Shown in pieces: positions 55,954 to 64,000 of a stretch of 64,000 nucleotides of DNA. The notes beneath the pieces are model-generated. The model did no database searches. It was given only the letters and a program-made list of their open reading frames with translations, and was not told the origin of the DNA. Source of the DNA: an uncultured Phycisphaerae bacterium (GTDB lineage: Bacteria > Planctomycetota > Phycisphaerae > UBA1845 > PWPN01). Position 1 is the first letter of the stretch; every line of letters starts with the position of its first letter. The DNA lies in NCBI GenBank assembly GCA_938005315.1, contig CALLOB010000020.1:275-64274 (forward strand). Reading direction: 5' to 3'. The position numbers were made by a program, and so were the translations under genes.

Positions 55954-56576
55954 TGCGCACCGACCACATTTACGCCCCGATTCGAGTCCGTGTCACTCTC
56001 GACGACCCGCGCGAGCCGCTGGAGATGATCGGTTTCACCATCGCGCGATACAAGTTCGCCTGCAAGTGGATGCGCGAGACCGACCGCGTGCTCGAGGTCG
56101 GCTGCGGCGAGGGCTACGGCTGCCACTTCTTCAGCCGCCACGTGGCCGAGGTCGTCGGGCTGGACATCGATGAGGAACTCATCCGCCGCTGCGTCCAGCG
56201 ATACCAGCGCGAGAATCTCCGCTACGAGGTCGGCGACATCACCGCCCCGACCCTTCCGCCGCGGCCGGAATACGACGTGGTCGTGGCCCTGGAGATGATC
56301 GAGCATACCACCCGGGAGGAAGGGCAGGCGGTCATCGCCAACTGCGCCGCGTACCTCAAGCCCGGCGGGCTGTTCATCGCCAGCACCCCCAGGGCCCGGG
56401 AAGACCGCTCGCTGTCGCGCCAGCAGCACCACGTCTTCGAGTACGACTACGAGACCCTGCTGGCCGCTCTCGATCCGCACTTCCGGCGGGTGATGGTCTT
56501 CTGCCAGAACGACGAGTACATCTACGCCGGCCACCCCTCCACCGCCTGGAACTTCGTGGCCGTGTGCTTCAAGTAG
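55953..56576 (+). CDS. Class I SAM-dependent methyltransferase
   Basis: The start ATG overlaps the upstream TGA (TGATG). VLEVGCGEGYG is motif I and VVALEMIEH follows. Confidence 0.8.
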   Translation: MRTDHIYAPIRVRVTLDDPREPLEMIGFTIARYKFACKWMRETDRVLEVGCGEGYGCHFFSRHVAEVVGLDIDEELIRRCVQRYQRENLRYEVGDITAPTLPPRPEYDVVVALEMIEHTTREEGQAVIANCAAYLKPGGLFIASTPRAREDRSLSRQQHHVFEYDYETLLAALDPHFRRVMVFCQNDEYIYAGHPSTAWNFVAVCFK

Positions 56577-56642
56577 GCCTGGCCCCGTGCTTCAAGCAGG
56601 CCGCGGCCGGACGGTTGTCGGTTCGTGGTCCCGGGACTGAAC

Positions 56643-57407
56643 TCATCGGGCCGCCGATCCACCCTGCGCGGCGGGCGGCTCGTCGGCCGGTTCGATCGGC
56701 AGTTGCACCTCGCCGTAGCGCAGGAAACCCGGCACGAAGGGGCTGTTGTACCCCAGGTAACGCGGCGGGCCGGCGGGACGATACCGCTGCCCCTGCGATG
56801 AGAGCCAGTCCGTCAAACGGGCCAGGGCCTCGGCGAAACGGCCATCGGTGTAGTTACCCCGGACGCCGATCGACACCACCGTCGTGGCCGGGACATCCTC
56901 GACCGTCACCCGAGGATCGACTTCGTCCGGACCGGTCGTGCCCCAGGTCCGCCGGCCGTACAGGAAGGCCATCGACTCGGCCGCCGGCACGCCGCCGCCC
57001 TCGAACGAGGCGTCCGGGTAGCCAATCTCGACCGGCGCGGTCATCGGGATGTCGTGCCGCCTGATGTGATCGAACAGCGGACCGAACATGCCGTTGGCGC
57101 CGCCGGTAACCCCGCCGGGGCCGGCCCGCACCCGCGCCACTCGACAGGCCGGGTAATCCTTGACCACGATCCGGCCGGTCGGCCCCGGAGGCGGAAAGCC
57201 CTCCGGCAGGGCGGCCTCATGGAACAGCAAGGGCTTGCCCACCGGCACAGACTCCTGCGAACGGGCCTGGTCGGCCTCCCGTGCGGCCTGCGGCGCTCGG
57301 TCCGCGGCCGCAGCTGGCTCCTTAACCCCGCAGCCGGCCGCCATGGCCGCCGCCACGCAGGCCGCCGCAGCCGAAAAGACCATGCCGTGACGTGAAATGC
57401 GCCTCAT
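56643..57407 (-). CDS. SOUL heme-binding-family lipoprotein
   Basis: Lipobox AAMAAGC. MFGPLFDHIRRHDIPMTAPV and the C-terminal YLGYNSPFVPGFLRYGEV are typical of the SOUL/HBP family. Confidence 0.7.
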   Translation of the reverse strand: MRRISRHGMVFSAAAACVAAAMAAGCGVKEPAAAADRAPQAAREADQARSQESVPVGKPLLFHEAALPEGFPPPGPTGRIVVKDYPACRVARVRAGPGGVTGGANGMFGPLFDHIRRHDIPMTAPVEIGYPDASFEGGGVPAAESMAFLYGRRTWGTTGPDEVDPRVTVEDVPATTVVSIGVRGNYTDGRFAEALARLTDWLSSQGQRYRPAGPPRYLGYNSPFVPGFLRYGEVQLPIEPADEPPAAQGGSAAR

Positions 57408-57748
57408 GCCGAACCGCCCGGAAGATGCGGGGCGATAATAGGCCTGCCTGGCAAGGCATCGCCCTTAAACACCTGAATACCATAAATCTTAGGCCGGCTT
57501 CCGCTTGCCGACTCAGGCGACGGTGCGCTGAAGTAGAGCCGCTGCCCGCCAGACCGGGCCCTCCACCCATCCGGAATTGCCGTCGCCAGCCGCCCTTTCC
57601 GCTGCGCAAGCTCCTTCCAACCCGTGCCCTGCACTTCCAGAAGCTCCGGTCCGAGCCGGCTAAAAGCCTTTCACGCCCTGACTGTAAAGCCCGCCGGTCC
57701 GCAGCAGCCTGAAGAGCCGGTTTTCTCCTCCGTTTAAGCGATTAAACA

Positions 57749-57777
57749 TTGATTCCAGCCCGGCCATGTCATACACT
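57749..57777 (+). promoter_or_regulatory. Candidate sigma-70 promoter
   Basis: TTGATT (57749-57754), 17-nt spacer, TACACT (57772-57777). It lies about 95 nt upstream of the ATG at 57874. Confidence 0.4.
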
Positions 57778-57873
57778 GATAGTGCATCAGTCGCCGGTCG
57801 CGGGGGGATGGTCTGTCCCGGCAGTCGAATCCTGCCCCGGGGCGCCCGAAAACAAATCCAGGAGGCCGTATCG

Positions 57874-59496
57874 ATGCGAGGGAGAATAGCTCGCCTGATA
57901 GGGATCGGCGGAATCATCGGTTGCTTGACCGCGGTTACGGCCGCGCAGTGGACCGCACCCCAGTATCTGCCCGATCCGGTGGACTTCGGCTACCACTGCA
58001 AGCCCGGCAGGATGGTCGGCTCGATCTACGGCGGCTTTCACACGATCTATCAGGCCGGCGAGAATCTGCGCTACCGGCGATGGTACAACGGTACGCTGGG
58101 CCCGATCGTCACCTCGGCCTCGGCCTTCATGTTCAATCCCCAGATCTGCGAGGCCCCCAACGGCGATATCCACGTGGTCTTCGAGAGCTGGATGGACCCC
58201 GACCCCCCGCAGGTCGGCTGGGCCCGTTCAACCAATGGCGGAGCCTCCTTCGGTCCCTGGTCGCGGATCTCCAACGCCGGCGCCGGCACCAAGTGGCCAT
58301 TCGTGGCCCCGTTCGGTTTCAGCGGCCCCGACGTGATCATGGCCTACTGGGACGCCGCCGGAAAGGCCATGCGCTACCAGCGATTCAACGGCAGCAGCTG
58401 GCAGCCGTACAGTGCCGCGGTCTTCGCCCCCGGCGTCGAGTCGGTATACATGGTCACCGGCATGTGCCGCTCGCCGGTGGACGGCACCGTCTATCGCACC
58501 TACGGCCGCAAGATCTCCGGCACCTTCAACCCCTGCTACCGGCGCTACAACGGCTCGGGTTGGGAAGGCGAGGTCGTGGTCACCCCGACGGGCTTTTTTG
58601 CCTGGCCGCACATCGCGGTCAACAACGCCGGCACGATCATGGTCTACTGGGAACAGGACGAAGTCGCCTACAGCCGCTGGTTCACCCCCGGGCAGGGCTG
58701 GTCGGCGACCACGATTATCGACGCGCCGGGCATCCACGGTCACATCGTTGCCGTCCCCGGAACCAACCACTTCGCCTGCGTCACCACCGGCAACCAGAAT
58801 GCCGCCCGTGTGCGGATGTGGATCCGAGGCAGGTGGATGCCCGCGGTCAACGTCGCCACATCCTCGGGATTCACGCCGGATTCCAGAATCGCCGCCGACA
58901 GCAACCGGGCCTTGATGGCCGCCTGGGAGAACTGGGACACCGGCCTGCCCCGTTGGTTGTATGCGGTGCTGAACAATCCGCAGCTGGAGGTCACGCCGAC
59001 GACCTTCTCCCGCGCGGTCGGCGCGGGCCGGACCCTCGATCCGGACACCTTTCTCCTGACCAACACCGGCGCCGGCACGCTGAACTACACCATCAGCAGC
59101 AATGCCGCCTGGCTGACGCCGTCGGTCACCGCGGGCTCCAACAGCGGCTCGGATGACGACATCCTCATCCACTACAACCTCACCGGCCTGGCGGCGGGGG
59201 ATTACACCGGCGTCCTGACGATCACCCCTTCGGCCGGCGGCGGGCCTCGGACCGTCACCGTGCAGCTGCGCGTCACGGCGCTGAAGCCCGACATGGACCG
59301 CGACGGCGACGTCGACCAGCAGGATTACGGCCGATTCCAGGCCTGCCTGACCGGAGCGTTCATCCCGCAGACCGATCCGGCCTGCGCCGATGCCCGGCTG
59401 GACGCCGACTCCGACGTCGATGCCGACGACGCGGCCCTGTTCCTGGGGTGCGTCAGCGGCCCGGACATCCTGGCCGACCCTTACTGCCTCCCGTAG
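57874..59496 (+). CDS. Secreted beta-propeller-like (BNR/sialidase-like repeats) protein with Ig/BACON-like domain and C-terminal dockerin/EF-hand-like Cys module
   Basis: AGGAGG RBS. Signal peptide MRGRIARLIGIGGIIGCLTAVTAAQ. Recurrent blade motif Y.R(W/F/Y)NG..W (YRRWYNGTL, YQRFNGSSW, YRRYNGSGW, YSRWFTPGQGW). STNGGASFGPW is BNR-like. C-terminus DMDRDGDVDQQDYGRFQACLTG...DADSDVDADDAALFLGCVSGP. Confidence 0.7.
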   Translation: MRGRIARLIGIGGIIGCLTAVTAAQWTAPQYLPDPVDFGYHCKPGRMVGSIYGGFHTIYQAGENLRYRRWYNGTLGPIVTSASAFMFNPQICEAPNGDIHVVFESWMDPDPPQVGWARSTNGGASFGPWSRISNAGAGTKWPFVAPFGFSGPDVIMAYWDAAGKAMRYQRFNGSSWQPYSAAVFAPGVESVYMVTGMCRSPVDGTVYRTYGRKISGTFNPCYRRYNGSGWEGEVVVTPTGFFAWPHIAVNNAGTIMVYWEQDEVAYSRWFTPGQGWSATTIIDAPGIHGHIVAVPGTNHFACVTTGNQNAARVRMWIRGRWMPAVNVATSSGFTPDSRIAADSNRALMAAWENWDTGLPRWLYAVLNNPQLEVTPTTFSRAVGAGRTLDPDTFLLTNTGAGTLNYTISSNAAWLTPSVTAGSNSGSDDDILIHYNLTGLAAGDYTGVLTITPSAGGGPRTVTVQLRVTALKPDMDRDGDVDQQDYGRFQACLTGAFIPQTDPACADARLDADSDVDADDAALFLGCVSGPDILADPYCLP

Positions 59497-60703
59497 AAGG
59501 AGCGGTTGCAAGCCCGCGCAAACAGAGGAGTTCCCGGGCGACGGCCGCGGCGCCGGCGGCGGCGTCGGCGGCCCCCAGGCTCGCCGTCACGCTCTGCAGA
59601 TCCGCCCGCATGCGCTCCCGCCGGGCGTCATCGGCAAGAAGACTCTGCGCCTCGGACGCGATCGGGGCGGTGGACGTGTAATAGGGCATGAACTCCGGCA
59701 CGATCCGCCGGCCGGCCAGGATGTTGACCAGCGACAGGTGCGGCGTGCGGATCAGCCACCGTCCCACCAGCCGGTAACCCCACTTCGAGCCGTTGTACAT
59801 CACGATCATCGGTACCCGGTACCAGGCGACCTCCAGCGTGGCCGTGCCGGAGGCACACAGAGCCAGGTCGGCCGCCGAGAGCAGGGCCGCGTTGCGATCG
59901 ATCAGCACCCGGGCGTTCAGGCCGCTTCCGTCCACCTGAACCCTTACCTGCTCGGCCACCGCCGGGTGGCCGGCGAACAGAAACGCCGCCCGTGGGTGGT
60001 CGCACTGAATCCGCCGGGCGACCTCGATCTGCCCTCCGATGACCTCCCGGACCACGTGACCGCGCGATCCGGGCAGGCAGGCCACCACCGGGCTTCCCAG
60101 GTTCCGCAAAGCCTGCACCTCTACGGGATCCACTTTGGAGTGATGTAACTGGGCGACCAGCGGATGGCCCACATACCGGGCCGGCACCCCTCGCCGGTTG
60201 AAGTACTCCTCCTCGAACGGCAGGATCACAGCCAGTCGGTCGATTACCCCTCTGACTCGCCGGATTCGCCAAGGAGCCCAAGCCCACAACTGGGGGGCGA
60301 TATAGGCCATCACCGGGCATCCGGCTGACTTAAGTTTCTTCGCCATAGGGAGATGCAGCGCAGGCGAGTCGACCAGCACCGCCAGGTCGGGTGGTTCGAT
60401 TCGAGCCATCCGTCCGATTCGACGGACCAGCAACCAGGCCTGTCCGGCCAGACGCCAGGCGTTGGCGAGCATGGCCGCCCGGTCGGTCAGGTCGTCGATC
60501 GCCCGGCAGCCGGCGGCCTGCATCTTGGGCCCGGCGACACCGAAAAACTCGGCCTGTGGGAGGCTTGAGCGGAGGGCTGCGATCAGGTCGGCGGCGTGCC
60601 GGTCGCCGCTGGGTTCGGCGGCGGAGATAAAGATTCGAGGCCTGCCGGGACTCAGGAGAGGGGGTGAGGGGGAGCCGGGCCTTGCTGCTGCGGGGTCGGA
60701 CAC
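59453..60703 (-). CDS. lpxB: Lipid-A-disaccharide synthase
   Basis: RIFISAAEPSGDRHAADLIAAL, GVAGPKM, SGTATLE. Confidence 0.9.
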   Translation of the reverse strand: MSDPAAARPGSPSPPLLSPGRPRIFISAAEPSGDRHAADLIAALRSSLPQAEFFGVAGPKMQAAGCRAIDDLTDRAAMLANAWRLAGQAWLLVRRIGRMARIEPPDLAVLVDSPALHLPMAKKLKSAGCPVMAYIAPQLWAWAPWRIRRVRGVIDRLAVILPFEEEYFNRRGVPARYVGHPLVAQLHHSKVDPVEVQALRNLGSPVVACLPGSRGHVVREVIGGQIEVARRIQCDHPRAAFLFAGHPAVAEQVRVQVDGSGLNARVLIDRNAALLSAADLALCASGTATLEVAWYRVPMIVMYNGSKWGYRLVGRWLIRTPHLSLVNILAGRRIVPEFMPYYTSTAPIASEAQSLLADDARRERMRADLQSVTASLGAADAAAGAAAVARELLCLRGLATAPSTGGSKGRPGCPGR

Positions 60704-61014
60704 GCCCGGGACTGTATCGGCAGGACGGGCAGGGGGTCAACGGGCTGCGGATCCGAAGGGGAGGAAACCAGGCGGCCCGGTGGCAGGGCGGCGGCTCCCG
60801 GCGGACTTGCGGAAGCTGGCGTCGGGCGCCCGTTTTGGTTACTATTGCCGTTTCCCGTATCGCCTGCGGCCCCGGGGCATCCCGGTCCTTGCGCGGGTGA
60901 GCCCCCTGCGGGGGGTGGGGGGTGCCTGCGGCGCGGGCGGACCGCGCCTCCGGTCGGGCTTCGGCGGCGCCCCGACCGGCTTTGAGGCGGTGCCGCAGCC
61001 TTGGGAGGTGTTGC

Positions 61015-61860
61015 TTGGCTTCCGATCTGGTGCGCAATCTGATCAACGCGGGGGTTCACTTCGGCCATCGAACCAGCCGGTGGAATCCGAAGATGAAGCC
61101 CTACATCATGGGCCGCAAGAACCAGATCCACATCATCGACATCCGCGAGACGGTCAAGGGGATCATCCGGGCCTCGAAGTTCCTGGCCCAGGTGGTGGCC
61201 CGGGGCGATGACGTGCTGTTCGTGGGCACCAAGCGGCAGGCCCGCCAGGCGATCCTGGATGCGGCGCAGCGGGTCGGGATGCACTGCGTGACCGAACGCT
61301 GGCTGGGTGGGACGCTGACCAACTTCCGTACCATCCGCCAGCGGCTGGCCCGGCTGGAGGAACTCGAGGCCATCGAGGCCGAGGGCATGGCCGAGAAATA
61401 CAGCAAGAAGATGATCGCCACGCTGACCCGGCAGCGCCGCAAGATCAAGCGTAACCTCGACGGCATCCGCCGCATGAGCAAGCTGCCGGGAGCCCTGGTG
61501 ATCGTGGACGTGCGCCGCGAGCACATCGCCGCCCGCGAGGCCCGCAAGCTGGGGATCCCGGTGGTCGGCATCATCGACACGGATTCGGACCCGGACGAGG
61601 TGGACATCGCGATTCCGGCGAACGACGACGCGATACGGGCCGTCGCCCTGGTGATCGGGGCTCTGGCCGACGCGGTGCAGGAGGGGCTCCGGGCCCGTCC
61701 CGCGCCGGCCGCATCGTCCGAGGGAGAGGCGACCGCGCCCAGGCCGTCCCGTCGCTCGACCCGGGTGACGGCCCGCGCCGTCGAGGAAGACAAACCCGAG
61801 GCGACGGTGCCGGACGGAGCCGTGAACGGCTCTTCGGCGGACCAGCCCGTCGCGTCGTGA
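61015..61860 (+). CDS. rpsB: 30S ribosomal protein S2
   Basis: TTG at 61015 with GGGAGG upstream gives (M)ASDLVRNLINAGVHFGHRTSRWNPKMKPYIMG..., aligning with S2 N-termini. Acidic/Pro-rich C-terminal extension. Confidence 0.92.
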   Translation: MASDLVRNLINAGVHFGHRTSRWNPKMKPYIMGRKNQIHIIDIRETVKGIIRASKFLAQVVARGDDVLFVGTKRQARQAILDAAQRVGMHCVTERWLGGTLTNFRTIRQRLARLEELEAIEAEGMAEKYSKKMIATLTRQRRKIKRNLDGIRRMSKLPGALVIVDVRREHIAAREARKLGIPVVGIIDTDSDPDEVDIAIPANDDAIRAVALVIGALADAVQEGLRARPAPAASSEGEATAPRPSRRSTRVTARAVEEDKPEATVPDGAVNGSSADQPVAS

Positions 61861-62025
61861 CGACCGTCCCCGCCGGAATCGCCGGCGGGTTTCCGGTGTA
61901 TCCAGAATCGTGTCCAGCCGGTCGCCCACAAGGCCGCGACCGGAAGCCGTGGCCCCGAGCCGCCAGGCCGGTCGCGGAGAACCGTACACCTGCCGGGCTG
62001 CCCGGCGAGGCCCGAGGAGAGCAAG

Positions 62026-62859
62026 ATGGCCGAGATCACTGCTGCGATGGTCATGAAGCTGCGGGAGCGCAGCGGGTTGCCGATGATGGACTGCAAGAAG
62101 GCCCTGCAGGAGGCCGACGGCGACGAGGAAAAGGCCATGGAGATTCTGCGGAAGTCGGGGGCCAAGGCCGCCGAGAAGAAGGCCGGCCGGGCGACTTCCG
62201 AGGGGCGAATCGGCTGCTACCGCGACGCCGGAAACGGGCGGGCAGCCCTGGTCGAGATGCTCTGCGAGACTGCACCGGTGGCCAACAACCCCGAATTCCG
62301 GCAGCTGGCCGACCGCATCGCCCGCCACGCGGCCCTGACCGGAAGCGGCGACCCGGCCTCGATCGGCAGCGAACCGTTCATCGACGACCCGAAGATGACC
62401 GTCGCGGATCTGGTGCACGACGTGCTCAACCGGATCCGGGAGAACATGGTGATCGGCCGCATCGTGCGACTACCGGCGCCGGCGGCGGTCTACGTGCACC
62501 ACACCGGCAAGCTCGGCGTTGGGGTCTGCACCGACAAGCCGTGTGCCGACACCGAACTGCTCAACGACATCTGCATGCACGTGGCAGCGATGCAGCCGGA
62601 GGCTCTGGACCGCGCCGGCATTCCCGCCGAGAAGGTCGCCCGGGAGACCGAGCTGGCCCGCGAGGAGATCCGGGCCTCGGGCAAGCCCGAGAACATGATC
62701 GACAGGATCCTCACGGGCAAGATGAATCGCTGGTTCAGCGAGCGGGTGCTGCTCGAGCAACCGTTCGTCAAGGACGACAAGACCACGGTGGGACAGGTGC
62801 TCCAGAAAGCGGGCGTCACCGTGACCGGCTTCCGGCGGCTGCAGGTGGGCGTGGAATAG
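62026..62859 (+). CDS. tsf: Elongation factor Ts
   Basis: MAEITAAMVMKLRERSGLPMMDCKKALQEADGDEEKAMEILRKSG is the UBA-like N-terminus. The classic rpsB-tsf gene order is present. Confidence 0.95.
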   Translation: MAEITAAMVMKLRERSGLPMMDCKKALQEADGDEEKAMEILRKSGAKAAEKKAGRATSEGRIGCYRDAGNGRAALVEMLCETAPVANNPEFRQLADRIARHAALTGSGDPASIGSEPFIDDPKMTVADLVHDVLNRIRENMVIGRIVRLPAPAAVYVHHTGKLGVGVCTDKPCADTELLNDICMHVAAMQPEALDRAGIPAEKVARETELAREEIRASGKPENMIDRILTGKMNRWFSERVLLEQPFVKDDKTTVGQVLQKAGVTVTGFRRLQVGVE

Positions 62860-62925
62860 GTCCGGCCGCCGCCCCGGTCGAACCGGAGGACCCGGGGCCC
62901 GAGGTCGCCGCGGGAGATCCGCGAC

Positions 62926-63996
62926 ATGACGCTGGAGGAACTCCGCAGCCAGATCGACGCCATCGACCGCGAGCTGGTGGCACTGCTCAACCGCCGCGCC
63001 GCCATCGTCGTCGAGGTGGGGCGGCTCAAGAACGCCGACGGCGCGCCGATCTACGCGCCGGACCGGGAGAAGCAGGTCTTCGACCGCATCCGGGCGGAAA
63101 ACCGCGGTCCTCTGCCGGACCGGACCCTGATGGCCATCTGGCGGGAGCTGATGAGCGGCTCTTTCGCTCTGGAGAAGCCCCTGCGGATCGCCTACCTGGG
63201 CCCGGAGGGCAGCTTTTCGCACCTGGCGGCGGTGGGCAAGTTCGGGGCCTCGGTGGAGTACGAGGCGGTGACGCTGATTCGCGGGGTGTTCGACGAGGTC
63301 GCCCGCGGACACGCCGATTTCGGCATCGTGCCGATCGAAAACTCCGTCGGCGGCGGCGTGATCGACACGCTGGACGCGCTGGTCGAGGCCGACGTGCGGA
63401 TCTGCGCGGAGATCAACCGGGCGATCCACCACAATCTGCTGGCCCGCTGTCGGATGGAGCAGATCCGGCGGGTGTACTCCAAGCCGGAGGTGTTCGCCCA
63501 GTGCCAGCGCTGGCTGAGCGAGACCAACCTGATCGGCAGGACCATCCCGGTGGCCAGCACGAGCAACGCCGCCGCCCTAGCCCGCGACGAAGAGGGCTCG
63601 GCCGCCATCGCCAGCCTGATGGCCGCGGAGCTCTACGGCCTGGACGTGATCTGCGACAACGTGGAGGACAACCCCAACAACGTGACCCGCTTCTTCGTCC
63701 TCGGCCGTCAGTCGGCCGGACCGACCGGCGACGACAAGACCTCGCTGCTGTTCACCACCAGGGACGAGCCCGGGGCCCTGGTGAACGTGCTGCTGGCCCT
63801 GCGCGAGGCGGGGATCAACATGTCGTTCATCGAGTCGCGTCCCAGCAAGAAGCGCAACTGGGAGTACTGCTTCTTCGTCGACGTCCAGGGACATGAGACC
63901 GATCCGGCCGTCCGTCGGGCGGTGGATGCGGCCCGCGGATACTGCCTGAGCCTCATCGTCCTGGGGTCGTATCCCCGGGCGACGGACGTGTTGTAG
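62926..63996 (+). CDS. pheA: Bifunctional chorismate mutase / prephenate dehydratase
   Basis: LRSQIDAIDRELVALLNRRA (chorismate mutase). IAYLGPEGSFSH and NVTRFFVL (prephenate dehydratase). SFIESRP (ACT domain). Confidence 0.92.
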   Translation: MTLEELRSQIDAIDRELVALLNRRAAIVVEVGRLKNADGAPIYAPDREKQVFDRIRAENRGPLPDRTLMAIWRELMSGSFALEKPLRIAYLGPEGSFSHLAAVGKFGASVEYEAVTLIRGVFDEVARGHADFGIVPIENSVGGGVIDTLDALVEADVRICAEINRAIHHNLLARCRMEQIRRVYSKPEVFAQCQRWLSETNLIGRTIPVASTSNAAALARDEEGSAAIASLMAAELYGLDVICDNVEDNPNNVTRFFVLGRQSAGPTGDDKTSLLFTTRDEPGALVNVLLALREAGINMSFIESRPSKKRNWEYCFFVDVQGHETDPAVRRAVDAARGYCLSLIVLGSYPRATDVL

Positions 63997-64000
63997 CGGC

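Noticed and set aside
1-64000. Scan for tRNA, rRNA, tmRNA, RNase P, transposase/integrase genes and CRISPR-cas.
   Set aside because: I saw no cloverleaf-like segments in the intergenic regions, no rRNA-like conserved blocks, no DDE or tyrosine-recombinase motifs and no cas-like genes. This was done by eye and should be confirmed with tRNAscan-SE, Infernal and ISEScan.

Overview
Very GC-rich bacterial chromosomal window. Gene content suggests Planctomycetota, probably Phycisphaerae-like, because it holds a DUF1559 / H-X9-DG prepilin-type protein, a PEP-CTERM protein and secreted proteins with dockerin/EF-hand-like tails. That taxonomy is inference. About 45 credible CDSs are present. Many longer ORFs in the track are antisense shadows typical of high-GC DNA and were discarded.

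Housekeeping genes: guaA, cyclophilin PPIase, cobO, ackA, uvrC, galM, glpD, mntP, thiD, asnB, bamA, fmt, lpxB, rpsB, tsf, pheA.

Accessory content: two large GH106/GH2-like glycoside hydrolases, a PHB-depolymerase-family esterase, an acetyl-xylan-esterase-like hydrolase, a membrane PP2C phosphatase, an M48 protease and a double-module U32 protein. No rRNA, tRNA, CRISPR array, transposase or integrase was recognised.

Most interesting observations:
1. A well-conserved cobalamin riboswitch with its own near-consensus sigma-70 promoter (minus strand, about 15150-15443). It sits upstream of a tightly packed operon: PEP-CTERM protein, dockerin-like secreted protein, DUF1559 pseudopilin-like protein and CobO adenosyltransferase. 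This may be an undescribed B12-responsive cell-surface system.
2. A slightly AT-richer 3.8-kb islet encoding a WYL-domain regulator, a DUF932-like protein and a minimal SF2 helicase, with an unusual 57-nt polypyrimidine tract.
3. A four-gene envelope cluster: two exported PspA/IM30-like coiled-coil paralogs, a substrate-binding-protein/OmpA fusion and a zinc-ribbon membrane protein.
4. A REP-like array of palindromic 38-bp tandem units, followed by about 0.9 kb of non-coding DNA and an atypical sigma-70-like gene.
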